A DNA stretch of 63,878 nucleotides, filler included, from Perkinsus chesapeaki ATCC PRA-425 (Eukaryota > Protista > Perkinsozoa), in the NCBI GenBank assembly GCA_013115145.1. It is 8 parts of 8 records of this genome, joined end to end, with 100 filler letters (N's around TTAATTAATTAA, not from the genome) between each part and the next. Parts side by side here need not be neighbours in the genome. Positions count along the whole stretch, not along the records: positions 9,237 to 27,624 come from JAAPAO010000663.1; 7 more parts are not named here. One strand, written 5' to 3'. Of this stretch, positions 11,923 to 24,407 are shown in pieces. The translations under genes and the position numbers were made by a program. Every line of letters starts with the position of its first letter. The stretch's first letter is position 1. The notes beneath the pieces were generated by a model, which was not told where the DNA came from, did no database searches, and saw only the letters and a list, made by a program, of their open reading frames with translations.

Positions 11923-12660
11923 TGGTGGTAGAACCAGAGTTGAGAACTAAAAAGGGACGCGCTTGAAGTGCGACACTTTATTACAAAGTCTTTTTACTGT
12001 ACAAATTGCTAAAGCAGAGTTCACCGCGAAGTTGCGTAGCTTTCTTGAAGCTTGCTATTACCCGTAAGTTCCTGGCCGTAACGCGTGCCGCGCTACGGAG
12101 AGTCATCATAGCTCAGCAGCTGAGACTATAGCTGCTATAGTATATTCAGTTCTTCGCCCAACCCGCGCCAAACCGCTAACCTGATGGTATCAGGCTACCA
12201 CAACATCGCCATATTGGCTAGCGAGTCATCTAGTGATTTATATTTTGCAGAGTTCAAGCTAACGGGTCGTTGCTACTCAGAAAACACTGTACAACGCAAG
12301 ATAAACACTTTACAGCTCTGTGACGCGAAAGTCTGCTCAATCTTGACTATCAACTCACTAGTCGCAGCTCCCGCTGGTAGTGTTTTCCTCGAGATTAATT
12401 GCTTGTACAATCGTTTGCTACTGTCTGTAGTATAAAAGCTCTGCGTATGCAGAGCGAGTGGAGCGAAAGCTCTCCGCTCGGGTTAACATCCGAATCAGTT
12501 TCACGTTGCTGGAGCTAAGCTGTGGAGCTCGCGGAGCTCTGCATGAAGCAGAATCGATACGTGTGCATACGTGTCGATTGCGTGAAAATGCTCGCCCGGC
12601 TACTGAATGAGAATCCAAGATGTACAACTACACCACTGGTGTAACACCAGTGTAAAACCT

Positions 12661-13659
12661 GTCCAGCTAAGCTGGATGTGATATTGCCGGGGCTTATGTT
12701 TTGAACCCAACATGCAACTATACCTCCATCCCTCTTTGAGCGACCCTCAATTTTAGCTAAATTTAGCCGCGGAGCATGATTCAAGCCTCCTTTCGAATGC
12801 CATGTATTCGGAGAGTTCGCGCCATGTGTGAACTGCCCGTTAGCACGGATTTCACGCGCTGTATGAATCACAAGGGAGGACCCTATCGTATAGTGCAAGC
12901 TCGCACAACGCCTGGTCGTGAAGCCCTTATTCGTACAGTCGCAACACATACAGTTTCGACTTGAAACTTTTGAGCCGTGCAGTTGGCAACTGCCAGTTGC
13001 GATTCGTACAGTATCATATGATCTTTTTGCTCTTCGTACAGTGCAAAAACATACAGTATCAAATCGTACAGTTCCCAGCATACATGTTATTCCGTACAGT
13101 ACAAGCAAGTAGTTTGTCAATTCATACAAGGTTGATTCGTTGCGGTAACCATAATACGCTTGATACAGTGCCAATTCGTACAGTAACGATTCACAGTGCC
13201 AATTGGTACAGTGATATCGCGTACGCAAACATTATCGTACACTTCGTTTCGATTTGTTAGCGGTAAATCGGCGGGCCTACTGCGGTCCGGGGGCTAACCT
13301 TCAGAACCCTAAGAACCCCTTTTCAGTCACCTTGGATCGAACCTGATCACCTGATTCGAAGTTATCACCCATTAAACCATCCTCTAAAACATACCTAATA
13401 ATGACATCATCGCCAGCGTTAAGTGGATTACACTCGATTCCAAATGAGTCTCCAGGTTACGCGGCAAAACTGTCAGTGACAGTGCCACACTGTTCCCATA
13501 ACAAGGTTCCAGTGAGGCCAAGCAGACGTCTGTCATGCCACACACTATGCTACGCATGTAGCGTCACGTAACCATTGTCGTAACCACCTGCCAGGTGGCA
13601 CCTGGGCAACAGTAAGGACTGGAGTCCACTGGAACCCCTTTCATCCAGCTTAGCTGGAC
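12661..13659. mobile_element. Candidate non-autonomous element bounded by 18-bp perfect inverted repeats
   Basis: GTCCAGCTAAGCTGGATG (12661-12678) is the exact reverse complement of CATCCAGCTTAGCTGGAC (13642-13659); no TSD or coding capacity seen. Confidence 0.35.
12931..13243. repeat. Degenerate ~15-bp tandem repeat with core TCGTACAGT
   Basis: Core or close variants near 12931, 12947, 12975, 13004, 13034, 13050, 13064, 13092, 13161, 13176, 13205, 13235 (multiples of ~14.5 bp). Confidence 0.75.
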
Positions 13660-13991
13660 TGAGTCCAGCCCCTGGACACGCCTCTCTGAGTCGTCAAACC
13701 GTTAAGTTCATCACTGTAAGGTTAAGGGGCTATCCGACTATAATCTGAGCCGCCTTTACCCATACGAGCTTGGTAAATCTTCCGTTGTAAAACTCAAGAC
13801 CTTTAATTAGTTTACACAGTTGGGCTCGACTGTTCCACGAGGGAGACTGATGAAAGATAGATTATGAGAATCTTGAACAAGGGGGACAGCATGTTGTGTG
13901 ATGAAAGATTGCCTCTTCGAGTGTCTCTTTTACCTATTCTTGTGTTATAGTTATGGACCGTCTTGAATGCAAAGCAGTAAACTCGGTTTAA

Positions 13992-16606
13992 ATGGTTTCT
14001 TCTGGTCCTCTCTGTGCTGCAAGTACGGCTGATGCGAGCGGTGCGGCCACTGTGGCGGCTGCCGCGGCGGGACAGGATGCAGCTTGTCGATTTGGCGTTA
14101 TTGCGGACGTGCAATACGCTGATAAAGATGATGCATACAATTTTGCGAAGACAAGGCTCAGGCAAGTGCCCACCAGCGGCTGGGCGAACCATAAGGTTGA
14201 GGCTTCTTTCTTCATTCGTTTTTTTAAGTGGCGGGTGTCTTTGTAAGGCTAGCTGCTCCGGTTATAACGAATGAGGAATTGATTCGTAGCGACGCACAGA
14301 GTAATTGCCTTGGCAGCATCCAGTGTGTGAGTATTGTCTCACCATCGATCTCTGTATAGGCACTACCGTAAAACTGCGAAGACTTTGGGGAATGCAGTGG
14401 AATGGTGGAACTCATTCCAGTAAGTCATGATACATGTAACTTCAGTTAGTGTTTCTCTCGTTCAGGTCTCCTAAGGTTGACTTTGTATTGAATTTGGCTG
14501 ATCTTATCGATGGCCACAACAGAGGTACCAATACTCAAAAGGAGGCAATGGCGACGGTTCTGCAAGAGTTAGATAAGCTGGACTGCCGGGATAAGGTGGG
14601 CTAGCTCACAAGTTGTGGACGAATGAGAATTCCTATTTTTATCATCGAACTCGGTTTCTCTTCGAGGAGAACGTGCTCTGCTAGGCACACATTTTCTAGG
14701 GGGCGTGCCATCGCGGCGGTTGGCAGACTTGCTAGGCCTAGGGGGACGAATTCACTCAGAAGCTTCATGGATTTCGAGGCGCGCAGTCATGGAGGTTTTG
14801 CTTGTCTTTTTCAGCTTGTGAATATGGTTGGCAACCACGAGCTTTATTGCTTCACCAGGTGAGCTCGGCGCGGGTTCGATTCCTGGTGGAGACATCTTGT
14901 CTTGTTTTCAGATCTGCGTTATCGGAACCGCAAGTATTCCCGCCAAGTCATCTCCCCTATTCCTTAACAAGGCCAGAGACTCTTCCCGACTCAGAATACC
15001 CCACATGTAGACCGAAACTGTTCGGATCTTTTCGCTCAGCGTTTTACTTCGTGACCTAGGCGACCCTTCAACGTTTTACTTCTCGTTCGTGGCCTGTCCG
15101 GGATGGCGTGTTGTTATCTTGGACCCTTACGATCTCAGCGTTATGCGTGAAGGTGGAGGCCGACACGGTATCGAGCTCGTAAGCCATACCGCTCCCATCT
15201 TTAATCTACGACTTCCTCTGTGTTTTAGCTCAAGGGTAACGGCCTCGACCCTGAAGGGACAGCTCTATGTCAAAGCCACAATCCTAATGATATTGGTAAG
15301 TTATAGTTGACAGCTTTTCCTCTTCAAGGCTATCTGATGCGTCATCAAGAATTATTGTGTCTCGCCGTATTACAACTGCGGCTCCTTGGACTTTAAGGTT
15401 CTGTCCTTGTCGTTTCATTCGATCACCTGCGTGCCACGGTGAATCATGATGAGAAATTAAACAGGCAGTCCGTGTTGATTGGATCGCCAGAACTAGCTGT
15501 GAATCAGCCTCACGGGTGTGACGATGCTGTGATGACGCGTTCAGGTATCCAAAAAGACTTCTTCCAAGGGCTACAGGGGCTCGATTCTCGATGGGTTCCA
15601 TTTAATGGCGGTTTTGGTAAAGAACAGATTGCATGGCTGAGAAACCTTTTAAAGGGCTGTCATGAAAGCAACACTAATGTAAGAGACTCCCTATTTAACT
15701 CCATCAAGTTGAAGTATACAGTCTGTAGTCCGACTCCGGGCCAAGTGGTGAAATTAGGCTATCTTGTCTACGCGCATTTTCCGATAACGTAGCAGCCTTG
15801 CACCCGAATAAGGCTGCAATTGTTGCTATAAACTCAAGCAGTAAAGCCAGTTCTTGTACATAATCGATGAATACAGATCACTCGGGCCATTCCTTCAAGC
15901 ATTTTTAATATCTGCGGTAGAAGTTTTGGACAGCTCAATAATACATTTCCGCACAACCAAAAATATTTGTCCCCCCTTTCTCGAGTGCACTTACCACTCT
16001 TCTTCTATATCAGGTTATAATATGCTCTCATGTCGTCATACATCCTGATGCTACCTTTGACAGCAACTGTCGTACACTGGCGTGGAACTACGATGACGTT
16101 CTTAATGTGAGTTCACTGAAACGCAGGTTGGAAAACAGTGTATGAGTTTCGAGTCCAATACTGGTCTATACGATGCAGTTGAACTACTCCTACAGGGGTT
16201 ACTAGAATAGGGATCGGTGATCCTTGAAACATTATCTCCGGTTGCTAGGAAGGAGATACCGTTGTGTAGAAATTACTGACAATTACAAACATACTACTCG
16301 GCGAGCACACAATTTTTGTCCCCTTCAGGCCATGTACGAGTATCCATGCACTAAATTGGTTTTATGCGGTCACCTTCATAGAGAAGTCTATCACTGTGAT
16401 GACCATGGTCAGCCGCAGTCTCCTTCTACCTCTCATCACAGTCTGTCTTCTCTTCAGGTATCCACCATTTGTCCTTGCCGAGCCCTATGGAGTGGGACGC
16501 CGACAAATGTGCAATTACTTGCGATATACTTTCCTCTGGCAATGTTCAAGTGTTCGGATCTGGTGGTGTCAAGGACCGTTACTTCGACTGTCACAATCAG
16601 AGTTGA
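13992..16606 (+). CDS. ADPRM: Mn-dependent ADP-ribose/CDP-alcohol diphosphatase (metallophosphoesterase), paralog A, multi-exon
   Basis: Exon motifs FGVIADVQYAD, NLADLIDG, VGNHELYCF, LDPYD, NGGFGKEQIAWL, LWNYDDVL, LCGHLH, GIHHLSLPSPME; stop at 16604-16606. Confidence 0.85.
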
Positions 16607-16767
16607 CTCAATTCATATTCCTTTCAATAGTGCTGCTGCTTCTGTGGACTGCGGCAGATACTGTCCGCTTAGTTGTCATCAAATACTTTCCTCTACTACC
16701 TCTGTCGTGTTATCCTTGTCCACCCTTCTAGTACCATACAGCACATGCTTGATACCGCTCGAAACAC

Positions 16768-16938
16768 CGGTCCTAGAATCGCCTTCTACGTGTTAAGGTC
16801 GGTCCTAGCATCGCCTTCTACGTGTTAAAGTCGGTCCTAGCATCGCCTTCTACATGTTAAAGTCGGTCCTAGCATCGCCTTCTACGTGCTAAAGTCGGTC
16901 CTAGCATCGCCTTCTACGTGCTAAAGTCGGTCCTAGAC
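16768..16938. repeat. 32-bp tandem repeat, about 5.3 copies
   Basis: GGTCCTAGCATCGCCTTCTACGTGTTAAAGTC starts at 16769, 16801, 16833, 16865, 16897, 16929. Confidence 0.95.
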
Positions 16939-17365
16939 TCGCCTGGATTTGCTATTGTGGTCTAATTAAAGTGTTTGGCCATGATTACGATACTCTTTTG
17001 GTATGAGTATAGGACTAACCCTTCCGTACACACCGTAATAAGGTCTAGGAATATACCCTCGAGTCATATTACTTCCCGCTATATTAAGTATCTCCATCGG
17101 GTAGGAAACCGTCACACGCTTGGGCGTACTTCCTCCCAAGTGAGATAGTGAGGGGCTTTCTTATGGGTGCACTCTATGGTGGTGAGGAGCCCGAATTACC
17201 AAGTGTAGGAGCTCCATCGTAGTGAGGTTGTCCATAACAGTTGCTGAAATCGAGTAAGTTAATATGTATCGCAGATCAGTAACTTCAGCCCTGAAAAACT
17301 CACGTAGTCGTAGTCGCATCTCATATGACGCGTCCAGCAATGTTTTTCATTCGTTCCCTTTTTAT

Positions 17366-20257
17366 ATGAAGACTGGTTTGCGAAGTTGCAGCCATCTCTG
17401 TGCTGCTGCTGCAACAACACCCTCTACATCCTCTGCCATCTCAGCCTTATCAACGACAGCCACTTCGACAGTTCTGTTCCGTTTCGGTGTAATTGCTGAT
17501 GTTCAATATGCTGATGTTGATAACGTATTCAACTACAGCCATACCAAGACCAGGTCAGAGCCACTGTATGCATGCTCGTCATTGGAAATAGAATATCCTC
17601 CTTTGTTCGATGCAAATTCATAATATCAATCGAAGAAGTCCAGAAATGATAGACCAACGGACGGAATGGATTTTAGAAATTTCCGGGTCTCATCGATTTA
17701 AGTAACCGTCTGCTATAAATGGTGAAGGTTCGGTGCGGCCTTAGCAACTAAGAAATCAACAGACATCCCATATATGTTTTTCCAGATACTACCGTCGCTC
17801 GGCAGGTGCCCTGAAGCAGGCCATCGACTGGTGGAACTCTTTCTGGTATGGACGCAGCGCTATGTTCCAACAGCAAACTCTTCTCAGTTCCCCTCCGCTC
17901 AGTTTTATCGTCAACCTTGGTGATCTGATCGATGGGCGCAATAAAGGGTTAGACTGTCAAGACGCGGCCATGGGGAAGGTCATGCTGCAGGTTGACGCAC
18001 TTAAATGCCCGAAGGTACAGTCCGGGAAATCTGCAGTGCCGGAGGGGGAGAATCTCCGTCAGCGTTGAGAATTTTAAATCAAGTTTTGTGTACTCGATTG
18101 CCCATAAGTCAGGTTTGCTCGTTTCGGAAAATTTCTGAAAGTTTCACGGAAAATAATTTTTCGTGTAAAGTCGTTCAAGGCTGCTCCGTCTTCAGGTCGT
18201 GCATATGATTGGTAACCATGAACTCTACTGCTTCACTCGGTAAGTGGGGTGGGTTACCGTAGCATAGTTAGCTCAACCATTGGTAGATATGCATGTCTTA
18301 ATATGTCACCATTGCCACCTAGCAGCTCCGCGCCTCCTTAGGGAGTTTTCAGTTCAGGTCTGACTTATCCAAGCCACATATATTCCCACCGAGCCGTTCG
18401 CCTTACTGTCTCAATCGCTCCGCTCAACTAGGTTGTGATGAATATCCCACTAGTAACAAATCACACCAAGTCTGACGAGCACTCCGTTCCCTTCAGAGGA
18501 GCCCTCGTCTTTCTATTACTCCTTCAAACCGGCCGACAACTGGCTGGTGGTCGTGCTGGACCCCTACGATACCAGCGTTATGCGTGATGGAGGTGGCCGC
18601 CACGGATACGAGCTCGTAGGCTTCTTTGGGTGTCTTGACGGCGTCTTATTCGTTCGTGCTCAGACCAAGGATCATGGCCTCGATCCTCAAGGCTACCAGC
18701 TGTGTCAAAGCCACAACCCTAATAAAATAGGTCAGTGGTCTCCGGCTTTATAGGAGGCTCATTGTCAGCTTTAGACGGGAAAACAGACTTCTTCGCCGGT
18801 CTCACTGGCCTGGAGTCGCGATGGGCACCTGTTAATGGGGCCGTTGGAAAGGAACAACTCAGCTGGCTACGAGGAGTTCTTCGGAGCTGCCATGACCGAG
18901 GAACTAATGTGAGCATCTCCGCGACGATGGCGGAGACTGTTTCATGGTACATCTAATCTGCACAACCTTATTACATTTATTCATTTCTCGCTGAACTCTA
19001 CTTACGTATCCTATTCCTTGATCACGAGTCTGTTTGACATTGTACTCGATAATTTAGAACTTCTAGTAATAATATTAATACCCTACCGATATTAATATAG
19101 GGTTATAATATTAGTACCCTACCGATATTAATATAGGGTTATAATATTGCAACCCTACCGATATTAATATAGGGTTATAATATTGCANNNNNNNNNNNNN
19201 NNNNNNNNNNNNNNNNNNNNNNNNNNNNNNNNNNNNNNNNNNNNNNNNNNNNNNNNNNNNNNNNNNNNNNNNNNNNNNNNNNNNATTGCAACCCTACCGA
19301 TATTAATATAGGGTTATAATATTGCAACCCTACCGATATTAATATAGGGTTATAATATTACCTACTATATTATTGTAATATAGCAATATAATAGGGTAGT
19401 GTATTTCAAAGTAGAAGTACACTACCTCGCCGGGCAAGTTCCTAGGCCGTCTGCGATGGTTGTGTGCCTCCTCCTCCTCCCCCTCCAGCTCTCCGCCTCC
19501 ACAGGTCATCATTCTGTCTCATGTTATATTACATCCCCAAGCAACTCGGAACAATAACTGTCGAGGGCTTTTGTGGAATTACGATGACGTTCTTAAAGTG
19601 AGGGGCCGATCCCATTGAAATCCATTTTTAATTTGATCTCAGGCGATCTACGACTTGCCCTGCACGCGGCTCGTCGTCTGTGGTCACATCCACAATGAGG
19701 TTTACCATCTGGACAACCATGGTGAGAGCTCGGTTCTCATGGGCTTTGGCTTGGTCACTCCCAACGTACCTTACCCAGAGTTCGGCCATTCCGTGAGGCT
19801 TGTTGGGCAATATGTGAGATTCGCTATTCTGAGGAATATCAGTATTGACTTATTTTCAACGGCCCCTTTTATACATAGATCATTTCATAGTTCGATGATG
19901 CATCATCCAGCACGAATTCTGAAGCACCACAATACTATAGTTTATTGAGCTAGAAGAGCGGGGAGGACATCAGCCGTTGTAACCGTCCATTGGAAATTTC
20001 TCTAGGGCTGGAGAGCTGAGAAGCCTACCGAGGTGTCTATATCTGAGCTCCATCCTTTCCGGCGCAAGTTCGATCCCCAGCAAATGTGATTTCATCGACC
20101 CTACTCAGGCGTTCACCACCTCACTCTTCCCAGTCCACTTGAGAGCCCCACGGACCAGTGCGCCATCACAGCAGAAGTGATGTCCTCGGGAGACATAAGA
20201 ATTGTTCCTCAAGGGCATATCCAGGAACGGCTATTGCGGTGTCAGAAACCAAGTTAG
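17366..20257 (+). CDS. ADPRM: Mn-dependent ADP-ribose/CDP-alcohol diphosphatase, paralog B, multi-exon
   Basis: Same motif series: FGVIADVQYAD, NLGDLIDG, IGNHELYCF, LDPYD, NGAVGKEQLSWL, WNYDDVL, VCGHIH, GVHHLTLPSPLE; stop at 20255-20257. Confidence 0.85.
19068..19400. repeat. 36-bp AT-rich palindromic minisatellite in an intron of paralog B, spanning a sequencing gap (19188-19284)
   Basis: CCCTACCGATATTAATATAGGGTTATAATATTGCAA at 19081, 19117, 19153 and again after the gap. Confidence 0.92.
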
Positions 20258-20554
20258 ACTTTTTTATATGCAAATCCCAAACGATGAAATATCGTGTTCT
20301 TTCTCATCACCGAGGATGATCCAGTGTTGATGTACAGGGTAAAATACCGCACATTTCCGCACCTTTGAGCCGGCGTGGATCACCGCACTTCGGAGGGAGG
20401 GATATCGAGAGCTTCGCTAAAGGAGACTTAGAGATATTACTTTACAGAAAAGGATAGTATTCCGTATAAAGGGTTTATAATAACTTCCTGTCGTTCATCG
20501 CCTCACCACAGTTGCTGCTTTTTATTTAACACTCGGTTTAAGATAAGCTACCAT

Positions 20555-21938
20555 ATGTTGCCCTCCTCCTCCTCCTCTACCTTCACAAGAGAGAGGCTCA
20601 AAGGCTTATGGCGGCCTCTTATACCAATCTTCGTTATCATTTCACTGCTGACGATGCTATTAGTGGAACTAAAGCGCAATCATGCCTGGTCGGGGATGCT
20701 GCCCTCCTTCAGAGAGGTGATGGAAGCTCCAGCCTTCGGGAGGGAGCAATGCTGGTCGTCAGATACTCGAGTATTTAGAATCTTTGTCGACCGAGAACGG
20801 AAGCTGCCTTAAAGAATACGTGCTATTTGGACGTAAGCCGAAAATGCCCTCAAGTGCATGCCCTCACTATGCCTTTAATTATTCAGTAATAGTATTCTTC
20901 TCGACCATTTGTGGGGTACCAATAACCCCAGTGGAAGTCACAGCTGGATACGTGTTGAAATGGTATAAAGGTGGCTTAAGGGTGTGTGATGCTTTCATCT
21001 TCTCCTTTGTTCAGGAGAGCTCTCATTGTGGCCTTCCCAGCTAAAACTGCAGGCAGTACAGCTTCGTTCCTTATGGGAAGATATTTCTGGTCAGCCTTTT
21101 TGTCATTCACATGTTTATTTCTTCTATATCTCCTTTTAGCTTTCATTTTTTTCAACAACCTGTTCAACAACTGTTATTCCCCCTCCAACTGATTCACCAT
21201 TGCTCACCCCTATCAGGTATGACTTAGTCCGGTCCACACTGGAGGGTAGCGAGTACTATAAAGCCCTTCAAATTCTCACACAGAACTCTGAATTCAAGTT
21301 CCTATTCCTGTCTCGATTTATGTATGTAAGTCTCCACTACCTGCAACCCTCTCCCGTGCCAGGCCCTTCATTGACAGGTCCCCATATGGGTCAAGAACTA
21401 CGGCGTGTCGGTGACCTCGGTATCCTTCCGAGGTTTCCTTTTAGCATCGGCCTCCGTTGGCTTCCTCTTTTCGGTCATATTCGTGTACGTCGGAGTCACT
21501 ACAAGCAGCATAGTAGGAGCCATGTCTGCAGAGGTGAGAGCCCAACGTTGAGGAATTGCAAGATAGCAAGATTTATCTCAGTCCGAAGTCGCTAATCCCG
21601 TGACATTAAGTCTACTAGTAATTGGCATTATATGCCTCACTGTTGGCCTGGCCTGGATTTTCTTCGAAATTCGTCGGAAGGTGAGTCTCGCCATAGTGGA
21701 CCAGTGGTAGTTGGTTTTTCAGATCCACCAACTGCAAGAGCTAGAAGTTGACGAATCTGCTGCCCGCTTACTGTCCTCCTCAGCAGCCCAAGAGGAGCAG
21801 GACTACTCCCTTAATAGCGTAACCGCAGCACCTTCATGTACAGAACGTTTTCTCAGTAGCAGTAGTAGAAGTGCAGCCACGACAGCCGCAACAACAACAA
21901 TAACACCGCAGCGAGCACTAATGAACTGTCGACTGTGA
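20555..21938 (+). CDS. DedA/VTT (SNARE-associated Golgi protein, TVP38/TMEM64-like) membrane protein, multi-exon
   Basis: Exons with FFSTICGVPITPVEVTAGY, KTAGSTASFLMGRY, FLFLSRFMY, typical of the VTT domain. Confidence 0.75.
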
Positions 21939-22378
21939 TGATGATTATTGATGTTGTTGATGATTATTAGTATTGCCAATGCACTTCAGAGCCCGAAGTT
22001 GCTCGTTCGAAGATACCGCGGCTTGAGTTTTAGTGGACCTGCTGACTTGCCTTAAGCGACTTAAAAGGCTTCACTGGTAGCCACTTTGAACCTTCAATTC
22101 CTACCAACAGGCGGCCCCTGCTATAGGGAGTTGTATCGCTCCGTCGCACCCAGTGACAGTCATCGGGAAAAATATGGCATGCACTATGCGTTTGAGCTAA
22201 ATCTCCAATACGTGTACTATTTCGAAACTAAAGAAACTTTATGACTCTTGAAGGGATTCTTTTGAAATAGGCCCCTGAGCTTGCAAAAGTAATAGAGCAC
22301 ATCGGTCGAGCTGCTACTACGGCGTTTCGAGGGTCTTTCTTTAAATACCCTCAATAAGGTTTATTATCTCACCGTTTT

Positions 22379-23090
22379 ATGCAGCGACTTTGTCGCATAC
22401 CGTATCGTCAGTTCTCCCTCCTCAGTGAGGTAGCGGCTACTAGGCAAGGATACTGTGATAAGGACTTTTATGAGCTACTAGAAGAGCGAAGGCGATTGAG
22501 GAAATCCACGAGACCGGCAGCTTACTTGAAGCGACCCCTTGCAGACGATACTTTGAGGCAGATAGTCGAGCTCAGAGATGTGCAGCAGAAAATTAATTAG
22601 TGAGTATCCAGATTCACTGAGGTGGTCTCCCGAACGGAGCTTCTTTGTGCGACTTGTGTGGGACAAAGACCCCTCTCGGACTTGCACGAAAATGACCGTG
22701 GTGAGCCTTAATGACGTCATCCTGTTCGTTCAGTCTTCAAGGACGCGCCCATGCTCTAAGCAGCTCCGATAAGGAAGAATTGGAGCACCTGTTGAAACTG
22801 AGAGAGGACATACGAAAGGTAAGTTAGGCGGGATTGGGGAAGCCACGGGATTGCCGGTTGTCAGAAAAAAGTGACGTCGAAGCTGATGGATGAAGTCGGG
22901 GACTTGCGAGCTGACCAAGCGCGGGCGGATCGATCAGATGGGTCTAGGAGTATCAAGACAAACGATGTACATCCAGATGCATCCAGCATGCAGCGAAACT
23001 GATGTTTCCGATTTATGGCCAGCAGCCGATTTTTGTTATATAGTGGACTCGATTGCCCTCGCCGGTCAACGCCTGAAATCTTCCTAGAAC
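22379..23090 (+). CDS. Hypothetical protein (multi-exon, not recognised)
   Basis: Plausible ATG and coding-like frames (KDFYELLEERRRLRK; YPDSLRWSPERSFFVRL); no family motif. Confidence 0.35.
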
Positions 23091-23328
23091 CCCAGTCGGT
23101 GGGTGCAGAGATATCAGAGCGGTCAGAGACAACGGTCTGGAATGAACTCGGGCCATCCCAGTACCGTAAAACGTATGGGGCCACATGAATCTGGTGCTCG
23201 ACTGTTTTTATGTGACAAATTCAATTCCGGAGTTCTCACAGATGCCACTGGCTCACTGTAGAAGATTTTCCTCTTCTGGTAGCTATAATCACTCTGTGTT
23301 AGTTTACTCAGTTCGGTGTGCTTCAGTG

Positions 23329-24333
23329 ATGTCGGCGGCGAGCCCTCAACGATATTGTCCCAAGTGCGCGAAATTCACTCAACTTCTACCATCAGAGTTC
23401 ACTAGGCCACTTGAGACCGTTGAAGTTACTGTTATTGATGTGCCTAAAGGCGAGGCCTCGAAGGTGATGAAGACACTGTCAAAGAAAAGCCCCCTACCAA
23501 GCGAGCTGAGCCATTTGAAGCGAGTCCGCCGTCATCAGGAGAAAGAGGGCATCCTCGAAGTTGTTGTGGGCCCTGAGGGTTGCGCCGTCCCAGTTGAGGG
23601 CTTCACCGTGCGATTGGTCGACGTGCCAAAGCACGCCGCTTTAACCAAAGAGCAGTTCCGGGAATGGAATCTACTGTGGCCGATGGTGTGGCGACGGCCG
23701 GCTCTGGAGAGGGGCGACCTGGCCCTGAATGATCCTAGCAGTGTCAAACGAAAGGAGATCCTGAGGATGATGGAGGCCGCTGGTGAGCTGCATGCATCTT
23801 CTGGTCCAGCATGCTGTCGTTTATAGGCGATATTAAAGTCATTATAGTATCGCCAAACGGGGACATACTAGCTGAGGCGGAGGCGGACGATAGGCATCCC
23901 TTAAGGCATGCTTCCATGATGGCTATCAATCAGGTAAGTAGCGAACAATTCCAGCAAGGGAAACTCGCCTCAGGTTTCTGCAGCGGCCACGCCTCTGCCG
24001 GCAATCCACAGCGGTAAAAGAGCCCGATCACCGGAGTCTGTAGATGAAACGTTGTCCGACAGAGAGAAGTCCAGCTACCTCTGCACCGGCTGCAGCGTTT
24101 ACCTTCGCACCGAGCCATGCATTATGTGCTCAATGGCTCTGCTACACTCGCGGGTTGCCGAAGTGTTCTTCTCTAGCGGAGCGAAGTGCCCAGGATTTGG
24201 AGGTTTTCTAGACCTCGATCCGCCCCTCCATGTTAACCACAGGCTTAACCACACATTTACTGTTATGCAGCTCACCAACGAGTGCCACTGTGGCGAGGGG
24301 GCCGAACCAGCACTGTCGAGTCGGCCACCGTAG
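23329..24333 (+). CDS. TAD3: tRNA-specific adenosine-34 deaminase non-catalytic subunit
   Basis: [16 protein letters not shown]-terminal motifs; HPLRHASM (catalytic Glu replaced), [27 protein letters not shown]. Confidence 0.88.
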
Positions 24334-24407
24334 TGCAAACTTGTACGTCTGTAATTTCGGTTTCGTGTTCGGCTGTTCTGCTCTGCAAATGTGTCGTAGT
24401 TTTCTTA

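Noticed and set aside
12515-13260. Overlapping ORFs of up to 237 aa
   Set aside because: By-products of the TCGTACAGT repeat; no protein motif.
19068-19400. CRISPR-like 36-bp palindromic repeat
   Set aside because: Units are head-to-tail with no unique spacers, no cas genes, eukaryotic intron context.
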